A DNA stretch of 58,749 nt from Planctomycetota bacterium (GTDB lineage: Bacteria; Planctomycetota; UBA1135; UBA2386): contig VGXW01000002.1 in the NCBI GenBank assembly GCA_016873195.1, positions 1-58,749 on the forward strand, in the 5' to 3' direction. A program made the translations under genes and the position numbers. Of this stretch, positions 10,340 to 16,959 are shown piece by piece (positions within the stretch are counted from its first letter, which is position 1; each line of letters starts with the position of its first letter). The notes under the pieces were generated by a model. The model was not told the origin of the DNA, did not search any database, and was given only the letters and a program-made list of their open reading frames with translations.

Positions 10340-10401
10340 TCAGGTGATCTCGCTCAGGTGATCTCGATCGTGTCGCCCTGCTTCAGCGCCCTGCTTCAGC
10401 G
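10340..10401. repeat. two adjacent tandem duplications (14 bp x2 and 13 bp x2) inside the rplW 3' end
   Basis: tcaggtgatctcg occurs at 10340-10352 and 10354-10366 (14-bp period). ccctgcttcagcg occurs at 10376-10388 and 10389-10401 (perfect, 13-bp period). Confidence 0.9.
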
Positions 10402-10657
10402 TGACGACGGCCTTCTTCCAGGGGCGCGTGTGGCCCAGCCGGCCGAACGTGCGCCGCGTCTTGCCGCGCATGCTGACCAGGTTGACCTTGAGCACCTTGA
10501 CCTTGAACAGGGTCTCGACGGCCTTCCTGACCTCGACCTTGTTCGTGGACGGCGCGACCTCGAATGAGAACTTGTTGTGCCGGCCCTGCATCGCCGAGGA
10601 CTTCTCGGTCACCACGGGGCGGCGGATCAGGTCGTAGTACTGGTTCGGGTTGGCCAT
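10340..10657 (-). CDS. rplW: 50S ribosomal protein L23 (C-terminus altered by duplications)
   Basis: An internal ATG of ORF 10340..11104 gives MANPNQYYDLIRRPVVTEKSSAMQGRHNKFSFEV...KKAVVTLKQG, typical L23. The tail GAEAGRHDRDHLSEIT is atypical. Confidence 0.85.
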   Translation of the reverse strand: MANPNQYYDLIRRPVVTEKSSAMQGRHNKFSFEVAPSTNKVEVRKAVETLFKVKVLKVNLVSMRGKTRRTFGRLGHTRPWKKAVVTLKQGAEAGRHDRDHLSEIT

Positions 10658-10659
10658 GG

Positions 10660-11289
10660 TCAGGCCTCCTTGCGGGCGAAACGCTGCTGCACGGCCGCCA
10701 GGGCCGCCGGCGTCAGCACCAGGTAGCGGCGCAGCAGCACCTGCCGCGCGTTGAGGTCGTCGACCGTGCGCACGTCGACCAGCGGCACGTTGCGCAGCGA
10801 CTTGCACAGCGTGCCGTCGACCTTGTCGGTCACGACCGTCGCGCTCTTCGCCATGCCGAGCTGCGTCAGGATGCCGAACGCGGCCTTCGTGCTGGGCTTG
10901 CCCTCGGGCCAGCCGGCCGCGATGGCCACCTCGCCGTCGCGGAACTTGGTGAACAGCGCGTTGCGCAGCGCGGCGCGGCGCGCCTTCTTCGGCATGTGGT
11001 AGGAGTGGTCGCGCGGGGCCGGCGGGTGGATGCGGCCGCCGCCGCGCCACAGCGGCGACTTGGTCGTGCCCATGCGCGCGCGGCCCGTGTGCTTCTGCGG
11101 CCACAGCTTCTTGTTGCCGCCGTGCACCATGCTGCGCGTGCGCGCCTGCACCGTGCCCTGGCGCAGGTTCGCCTCGTACATCACGATCGCGTCCTTCAGC
11201 GTGCGCCCCAGGACGCGGCTGCCGAAGGCTGCGGCGTCGACGTCCGTCGACTTGACGGCACCACCCTCGAATACTTTGACCTCGACCAT
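10660..11289 (-). CDS. rplD: 50S ribosomal protein L4
   Basis: An internal ATG at 11289 gives NKKLWPQKHTGRARMGTTKSPLWRGGGRIHPPAPRDHSYHMPKKARRAALR, the typical L4 core. Confidence 0.9.
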   Translation of the reverse strand: MVEVKVFEGGAVKSTDVDAAAFGSRVLGRTLKDAIVMYEANLRQGTVQARTRSMVHGGNKKLWPQKHTGRARMGTTKSPLWRGGGRIHPPAPRDHSYHMPKKARRAALRNALFTKFRDGEVAIAAGWPEGKPSTKAAFGILTQLGMAKSATVVTDKVDGTLCKSLRNVPLVDVRTVDDLNARQVLLRRYLVLTPAALAAVQQRFARKEA

Positions 11290-11396
11290 GTTCAGCCTGG
11301 TTGGTTGTCGATCGGTTCTGCTTCTGGCTCCTCGACCGCGCCGCGGAGCGCGGGTCCGTCGCCCGGCCCGCACCTCGGGGGCGCGGGCCGCGCGGC

Positions 11397-11705
11397 TCAG
11401 CACGCCTTGATGCGGATGTCCACCCCGGCGGGCATGTTGAGCTTGCTCAGGGCGTCGACCGTCTTGGTCGTCGGCTCCGAGATGTAGATCAGCCGCTTGT
11501 GCGTCCGGATCTCGAACTGCTCGCGGCTCTTCTTGTCGACGTGCGGCGAACGCAGCACCGTGTAGCGCTCGATGCGGGTCGGCAGCGGCACCGGCCCGGC
11601 GACGCGGGCGCCCGTGCGCTTCGACGTCTCGACGATGTCGAGAGCCGCCTGGTCCAAGGCCTCGAAGTCGTAGGCCTCCATCCGGATCTGGATTCGCTCT
11701 TGCAT
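11397..11705 (-). CDS. rpsJ: 30S ribosomal protein S10
   Basis: [75 protein letters not shown] is typical S10. Confidence 0.95.
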   Translation of the reverse strand: MQERIQIRMEAYDFEALDQAALDIVETSKRTGARVAGPVPLPTRIERYTVLRSPHVDKKSREQFEIRTHKRLIYISEPTTKTVDALSKLNMPAGVDIRIKAC

Positions 11706-11713
11706 AGACGGAC

Positions 11714-11763
11714 GGCCGACCCGGAAAGGTCGGCCTCGGGGTGGTCGGCGCCGATTTCGGCGC
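11714..11763 (-). promoter_or_regulatory. two stable hairpins in the putative rpsJ leader
   Basis: The first hairpin has stems GCGCCG/CGGCGC at 11748-11753 and 11758-11763 with a 4-nt loop. The second has stems GGCCGACC/GGTCGGCC at 11714-11721 and 11728-11735 with a 6-nt loop. The second ends 8 nt before the rpsJ ATG. No clear Shine-Dalgarno sequence is visible. Confidence 0.35.
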
Positions 11764-11826
11764 AACCCGATGCGCGGCAAGGGGTTACACGCAAGCGTGT
11801 GCTCCCTGGAGCGCAAGCGGGGTGAC

Positions 11827-11855
11827 AGGGTAGCGAGCCGGCCCGCCCAGGTCAA
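11827..11855 (-). promoter_or_regulatory. sigma70-like promoter candidate for the S10 operon
   Basis: Gene sense reads TTGACC, a 17-nt spacer, then TACCCT. It lies about 120 nt upstream of rpsJ. The context GCTCGCTACCCT resembles the mraZ and rplU candidates. Confidence 0.45.
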
Positions 11856-11905
11856 GGCAGGGATCGCACATTCTGGAGAACGATCCCCCGGGGCGCGGTC
11901 CCGGA

Positions 11906-13882
11906 TCACTCGGCCCGGCACAGCCCCAGCGGCCGCAGCACGACGCGGCCGCGACCGCGCGTGATCGAACGCAACCTGGTCACGTAGCCCAGCAGACGCT
12001 GCAGGGGCGCGCGCCCGAGCACGCGCGCGCCGAGCTGGCCCGCGGCGACGCCCGTGACGGCCGCACCGCGCGCCCCCAGGTCCGCGAGCACCGGCGCCGA
12101 ACTGTCCTCCGGGCACCAGATCTCGAACGCGACCAGCGGCTCGAGCTCGGCGCGGCCCGCCGCGGCCACCGCCAGGTCGAGGGCCTTCTTCGCCGCCTGC
12201 TGCACGAGTCCGTCGGCGCCCCGGGCCAGTTCGGCCTCCAGCGCTTCGAGCGCGACGCGCACCCCCACCATCGGCCAGGCGTGCCCGGCCGCGACGGCCG
12301 CCTCGAGTTCCTGGGCGGCCACGGCCGCGGCCGGGGACTCCGGCACCAGCACCACCACTGCCGGCCGGGCCTGCACGTCGCCGAGCGGCGCCACCGCGAC
12401 CCGGCAGCGCGCGGCGAGTTCCCCCGCACCGATCGACGCGCGCACCTCGGCCTCCCCCGCCGCCGCCGCCAGCACGGTCTCGCGGCGGTCGACGCGGACC
12501 CGCGACCGCGTGAAGGCGACCGGCAGCCTCTCGCGCACGAGGTCCGCGACGATGTCGAGGTGCAGCTCGCCCATGCCGTGGGGGGTGACCTGCCCGCGGT
12601 CGCGCTCCACGCGCAGCGTGGGGTCGTCGACCGCCAGTTCGCGCAGCGCGGCGAACAGGCGCGGCCCGTCGGCCGCGACCGCCGGCTCGAACGTCGCGGC
12701 GAGCACCGGGTCCGGGAAGTGGGGCTGCGGCAGCGCGATCGGCGCGCCGGCCGCGAACAGGGTCTCGCCGGTGCGCAGGCCGAACTCGCCGGGCACGACG
12801 ACGATCTCGCCCGGCAGCGCCAGTTCCACGTTGCGGTGCCGGTCGGCCTGCATCGACCACAGTTCGGGCACCGTGAAGTCCGCCGCCGCGGACCGGCTGC
12901 GCCCGCAGCGCTGGCCGGGCACGAACCGGCCGCGCACGACGCGCACGAAGTTCCAGGCCCGATCGACGTGCTGGACCTTGAACACGAGCCCGCAGAACGG
13001 CGCGTCGGGATCGCCCGCGCGGTCGGCCGACCACAGGCCGGCCCGCGCCAGTTCGCGCGGCAGTTCGCGCGGCCCCGGCAGCAGCGCGACCACCGCGTCG
13101 AGCAGCCAGTCGACGCCGCGATTCCACAGCGCGGCACCGGCGAGCACCGGCACGAGCCGGCCCGCGACGACGGCGGCCCGCAGGCCCTCGCGCAGCCGGT
13201 GCAGCGGCACGGTCGCGCCGGCGACCACGGCCGCGAGCACTTCCTCGTCGCCGTCCGCGATCGCCTCGACGAGCCGGTCGCGCGCCGCCTGCACCTGCCG
13301 CTGCAGCCGCTCGCCGAGTTCCCGGCCCGGCGGCTCGCCGAACCACTGCACGGCCCCGGTCAGCGCGTCGCCGAGGCCGGCGAAGCCGAGGCACTCGTCG
13401 CCGAGCGGCACGACCAGCGGCACGGCGCGGCAGCCGAAGATCGAACCGAGCTGCGCGACCACGGCGCCGAAGTCGGCCCCCTGGCGGTCTAGCTTGTTGA
13501 CGAACACGAGCCGGCCGAGCCCTGCGGCGGACACCTGCTGCCAGATCGCCTCGGTCTGCGACTCGACGCCGCGCACGCCGTCGACCACGACGACCACGCC
13601 GTCGAGCACGCACAGGCAGCGTTCGACCTCGGCGACGAAGTCGACGTGCCCCGGCGTGTCGACGACCTGCAGCGTGGCACCGCCCCACTCGACGCGCGTC
13701 GCGGCCGCGGTGATCGAGATGCCGCGGCAACGCTCCTGCCGCATCCAGTCGGTCGCGGCGGTGCCGTCGTCGACGCTGCCGACGTGGCCCTGCGCGCCGC
13801 TGTCGTGCAAGATGCGCTCGGTCAGCGTCGTCTTCCCCGCGTCGACGTGGGCCACGATCCCGAAGGTGCGCTGTCGATCCAT
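11906..13882 (-). CDS. EF-G family translational GTPase, divergent paralogue
   Basis: An internal ATG of ORF 11906..15157 gives [12 protein letters not shown] (G1), RGISI (G2), DTPGHVDF (G3), NKLD (G4) and [10 protein letters not shown]. The protein is 658 aa. The domain IV tip motif is not conserved. Confidence 0.8.
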   Translation of the reverse strand: MDRQRTFGIVAHVDAGKTTLTERILHDSGAQGHVGSVDDGTAATDWMRQERCRGISITAAATRVEWGGATLQVVDTPGHVDFVAEVERCLCVLDGVVVVVDGVRGVESQTEAIWQQVSAAGLGRLVFVNKLDRQGADFGAVVAQLGSIFGCRAVPLVVPLGDECLGFAGLGDALTGAVQWFGEPPGRELGERLQRQVQAARDRLVEAIADGDEEVLAAVVAGATVPLHRLREGLRAAVVAGRLVPVLAGAALWNRGVDWLLDAVVALLPGPRELPRELARAGLWSADRAGDPDAPFCGLVFKVQHVDRAWNFVRVVRGRFVPGQRCGRSRSAAADFTVPELWSMQADRHRNVELALPGEIVVVPGEFGLRTGETLFAAGAPIALPQPHFPDPVLAATFEPAVAADGPRLFAALRELAVDDPTLRVERDRGQVTPHGMGELHLDIVADLVRERLPVAFTRSRVRVDRRETVLAAAAGEAEVRASIGAGELAARCRVAVAPLGDVQARPAVVVLVPESPAAAVAAQELEAAVAAGHAWPMVGVRVALEALEAELARGADGLVQQAAKKALDLAVAAAGRAELEPLVAFEIWCPEDSSAPVLADLGARGAAVTGVAAGQLGARVLGRAPLQRLLGYVTRLRSITRGRGRVVLRPLGLCRAE

Positions 13883-13941
13883 GGCCGCGCGCAGGTTAGC
13901 GGCGGGGCGGGTGGCGCGCACGTGCCCGGGCGGCCGCGCGC

Positions 13942-15084
13942 TCAGCTCGACTGCGGGCGCGCCGCCGAGCCCTGCGTGATGCCGCGCATCTGCATCTTGA
14001 GCTCGTCGGGGTTGTCCGACGCGGCCAGGGCGTCCTCGAGGCTGATGTTGCCGGCCTGGAACAGGCGGATCAGCGACTGGTTGAACGTCATCGTGCCGTA
14101 GTAGCTGCCCTCGGTCAGCGCCTTCGGCAGCAGGCGCGTCTGGCCCTGCTCGAGCAGTTCGCGCACCGTCGGCGTGTTGATCAGCAGTTCGACCGCCGGG
14201 ACCATCGCCGTGCCGTCCTTGTTCTTGACGAGGCGCAGCGAGCAGACGCCCGCCAGGTTCAGCGCGAGCTGCAGCCGCACCAGTTCGTGCTGGTGCGGCG
14301 GGAAGAACGTGATGATGCGCTCGACGGTCTGCACGGCGTTGACCGTGTGCAGCGTCGAGAACACCAGGTGGCCCGTCTCGGCCGCCGAGATCGCCGCCGA
14401 GACGGTCTCCGCGTCGCGCATCTCGCCGATCAGGATCACGTCGGGCGACTGGCGCACCGCGTGGCGCAGCGCCAACGCGAAGTCCACGACGTCGGTGCCG
14501 ACCTCGCGCTGGTTCACGATCGACCGCTTGTCGTCGAAGCGGAACTCGATCGGGTCCTCGATCGTCACGATGTGCTTGTTCATCGTGCGGTTGACGAACT
14601 CGATCATCGACGCGAGCGTCGTCGACTTGCCCGAGCCGGCGATGCCGGTCGCGAGCACGAGGCCGCGCTTCAGCGACGCGAGCCGCTTCAGCGGTTCGAC
14701 GGGCAGGTTCAGGTCCTTGAACGACGGGATCTCCGCCTTGATCGCGCGGAACACGAAGCCGACCTCGCCGCACTGGTGGAAGGCGTTGCAGCGGAAGCGG
14801 CCGACGCCGGGCACGGCGACCGCGGTGTCCGTGGCGCCGGCCGCGTCGAACTCGCGGCGGCCGCGCTCGGTCAGCACCTCGTCGGCGTAGGTGCGCATCA
14901 GGTCGCCGGGCAGCGGCTGGTCGCCGAGGAAGCGGATCACGCCGGCGACGCGCACCGCCGGACAGCCGTTCGTCTTCAGCACCAGGTCGGAGGCGTTCTC
15001 CTTGACCATGATGCGCAGGAAGTCCCGCAGCTTGGGCATGCGGCCTGGCGGAGTCGGGTTGGGTCCCACGTTCTGGCTGGTCAC
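13942..15084 (-). CDS. pilT: type IV pilus retraction ATPase PilT/PilU family
   Basis: ASDLVLKTNG, the Walker A motif GIAGSGKSTT, TIEDPIEF, PDVILIGEMRD and TGHLVFSTLHT. The GTG start at 15084 is preceded by GGAGGA at 15091-15096. An alternative ATG lies at 15039. Confidence 0.85.
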   Translation of the reverse strand: MTSQNVGPNPTPPGRMPKLRDFLRIMVKENASDLVLKTNGCPAVRVAGVIRFLGDQPLPGDLMRTYADEVLTERGRREFDAAGATDTAVAVPGVGRFRCNAFHQCGEVGFVFRAIKAEIPSFKDLNLPVEPLKRLASLKRGLVLATGIAGSGKSTTLASMIEFVNRTMNKHIVTIEDPIEFRFDDKRSIVNQREVGTDVVDFALALRHAVRQSPDVILIGEMRDAETVSAAISAAETGHLVFSTLHTVNAVQTVERIITFFPPHQHELVRLQLALNLAGVCSLRLVKNKDGTAMVPAVELLINTPTVRELLEQGQTRLLPKALTEGSYYGTMTFNQSLIRLFQAGNISLEDALAASDNPDELKMQMRGITQGSAARPQSS

Positions 15085-15097
15085 GGCGAATCCTCCG

Positions 15098-15221
15098 GCC
15101 GTCCCTATCGGCTGTCCGGGGGGGCCGTCCGGAGCCGGCGCGGAACCTCGATGGCACCCGCCGCAGCGGCGGCCCGGGGGCGCGGTTCGCCCGTTGCAGT
15201 TCGCCGCGGCGGAGAACCTCA
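15098..15221 (-). repeat. copy A of the structured intergenic element (modules 1 and 2)
   Basis: It starts on the obg TGA. Module 1 spans 15153-15221: TGAGGTTCTCCGCCGCGGCGAACTGCAACGGGCGAACCGCGCCCCCGGGCCGCCGCTGCGGCGGGTGCC. Module 2, GCCGATAGGGACGGC, spans 15098-15112. Confidence 0.7.
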
Positions 15222-16220
15222 ACCCGGCGGCGGCGCCGCCCCGAGCACGGCCGCGACCGCCAGCACGAGCTCGCGCAGGCCCGCGCCGGTGGCGCTCGAG
15301 ATCGGCAGCACGGGCGCTTCGATCGCGCGCGCGAGCGCCGCGGCGCGCTGCCGCGCGGCCTCGTCCTCGACCTTGGTCGCGACCACCAGCGACGGCCGCC
15401 GGCCGAGTTCGGTCGAGTGGGCGGCCAGTTCGTCGCGCACGATGCGGAAGGCCCGCTCGGGTGGCTCGAGCGGCAGGTCGCCGCAGTCGATCAGGTGCAG
15501 CAGGAGCCGCGTGCGGTCGACGTGCTTCAGGAACCGGTCGCCGAGTCCCTTGCCCGCGCTGGCGCCGGCGATCAGTCCGGGGATGTCGGCGAGCACGAAC
15601 GTCGTCTCGCCGGGCCCCTGCGCGATGCCGAGCATCGGCTCGAGCGTCGTGAACGGGTAGCCGGCGATCTTCGGACGCGCGCGCGTCAGCGTCGCCAGCA
15701 GCGTCGACTTGCCCGCGTTGGGCAGCCCGATCAGGCCGACGTCGGCGATCAGCTTGAGGCTCAGCAGCACGCGCCGCTGCTCGCCGGCCTTGCCGCGCTC
15801 GGCGGTGCGCGGCGTGCGGTGCGTCGCCGTCGCGAAGTGCGTGTTGCCGCGGCCGCCGTGGCCGCCGCGCGCGAGCACGAACGGGCGGTCCGCGACGGCG
15901 AGGTCCTGCAGCACGTTGCCGCGCTCGGCGTCGAGCACGAGCGTGCCGACCGGCACCTCGATCACGAGGTCGTCGGCGTCCTTGCCGGCGCAGTTCTGCG
16001 GCAATCCCGGCCCACCGTTGCCCGCCGCGAACAGGCCGCGGCCGGTCAGGTGGAAGAGCGTGTTGCAGTGCGTGGTCGGCAGCAGCACGGCGTCGCCGCC
16101 GTCGCCGCCGTCGCCCCCGTTCGGCCCGCCGCGCAGCACCTTGGCGTCGCGCAGGAAGCTGACGCACCCGTCGCCGCCCTTGCCGGCCCGGACCGAGATC
16201 GTCAGTTCGTCGACGAACAT
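15219..16220 (-). CDS. obg: GTPase Obg/CgtA
   Basis: MFVDELTISVRAGKGGDGCVSFLR...GGDGGDGGD...GLPNAGKSTLL is typical Obg. It follows rplU-rpmA as in the canonical operon. Confidence 0.95.
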   Translation of the reverse strand: MFVDELTISVRAGKGGDGCVSFLRDAKVLRGGPNGGDGGDGGDAVLLPTTHCNTLFHLTGRGLFAAGNGGPGLPQNCAGKDADDLVIEVPVGTLVLDAERGNVLQDLAVADRPFVLARGGHGGRGNTHFATATHRTPRTAERGKAGEQRRVLLSLKLIADVGLIGLPNAGKSTLLATLTRARPKIAGYPFTTLEPMLGIAQGPGETTFVLADIPGLIAGASAGKGLGDRFLKHVDRTRLLLHLIDCGDLPLEPPERAFRIVRDELAAHSTELGRRPSLVVATKVEDEAARQRAAALARAIEAPVLPISSATGAGLRELVLAVAAVLGAAPPPG

Positions 16221-16267
16221 GGGGCGGGGCGCGGGCGGCGGCGCCGGCAGCGGGCGCCGGGGCCGGG

Positions 16268-16522
16268 CTAGCCGACGGTCTCCGGCACGTCGACGTGGAC
16301 CTTGCCGTTCGACTGGAAGCGCACGACGCCGGCGGCCACCGCGAACAGCGTGTCGTCGCCGCCGCGCCGCACGTTGCGGCCGGGGTGGAACTTCGTGCCG
16401 ACCTGGCGAACGATGATCGTGCCCGAGGTCACGCGCTGGCCGCCGTAGGCCTTGACGCCGCGGTATTGCGGGTTGCTGTCGCGACCGTTCGAAGTCGAAC
16501 CTTGACCCTTCTTGTGCGCCAT
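16268..16522 (-). CDS. rpmA: 50S ribosomal protein L27
   Basis: [48 protein letters not shown] is typical L27. Confidence 0.95.
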   Translation of the reverse strand: MAHKKGQGSTSNGRDSNPQYRGVKAYGGQRVTSGTIIVRQVGTKFHPGRNVRRGGDDTLFAVAAGVVRFQSNGKVHVDVPETVG

Positions 16523-16540
16523 GGTGGTGCTCCCTGCTGC

Positions 16541-16855
16541 TCAGCCCTGGATCGACTCGATCTGGACCTCGGTGTACTTCGCCCGGAAGCCCGTGCGGCG
16601 CCGGCTGTTCTTGCGCTTGCGGAACTTGCCGATCACGACCTTGGGGCCCTTCATCTGCCGCACGACCTTGGCCGTCACGGTGACGCCCGCGACGAACGGC
16701 GTGCCGACCCGGCCCTCGCCCTCGCCGCCGACCACGCAGACCTTGTCGAAGGTCAGGGTCTCGCCCTCGACGACGCCGGCCCTCAGGTGGATCTTGATGC
16801 GGCTGCCGGGCTCTACCCGGTACTGCTGGTTGCGATCGTCGACGACGGCGTACAT
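16541..16855 (-). CDS. rplU: 50S ribosomal protein L21
   Basis: An internal ATG of ORF 16541..18082 gives MYAVVDDRNQQYRVEPGSRIKI...IGKFRKRKNSRRRTGFRAKYTEV, typical L21. Confidence 0.9.
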   Translation of the reverse strand: MYAVVDDRNQQYRVEPGSRIKIHLRAGVVEGETLTFDKVCVVGGEGEGRVGTPFVAGVTVTAKVVRQMKGPKVVIGKFRKRKNSRRRTGFRAKYTEVQIESIQG

Positions 16856-16887
16856 GGGGAACGGTGGGTCAGGGTGAAGGGGCGGAG

Positions 16888-16915
16888 ACGATAGCGAGGC
16901 AGCGAGGCGAATCAA
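16888..16915 (-). promoter_or_regulatory. sigma70-like promoter candidate for rplU-rpmA-obg
   Basis: Gene sense reads TTGATT, a 16-nt spacer, then TATCGT. It lies about 33 nt upstream of the rplU ATG. Confidence 0.35.
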
Positions 16916-16923
16916 GTCCCCTG

Positions 16924-16940
16924 GGCGCGGGCCCCGCGCC
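16924..16940 (-). terminator. GC hairpin just downstream of rne
   Basis: ggcgcgg-gcc-ccgcgcc forms a 7-bp stem about 20 nt after the rne stop. There is no U tract, so terminator function is uncertain. Confidence 0.3.
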
Positions 16941-16959
16941 GCCGGCCCCGGCCCGCGGC

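Noticed and set aside
11906-13882. The EF-G paralogue could be a tetracycline ribosomal protection protein or other resistance gene.
   Set aside because: There is no mobile or resistance context, and I have no specific similarity I can verify. Loss of the domain IV motif alone does not identify an RPP. I left it as a divergent EF-G family GTPase.
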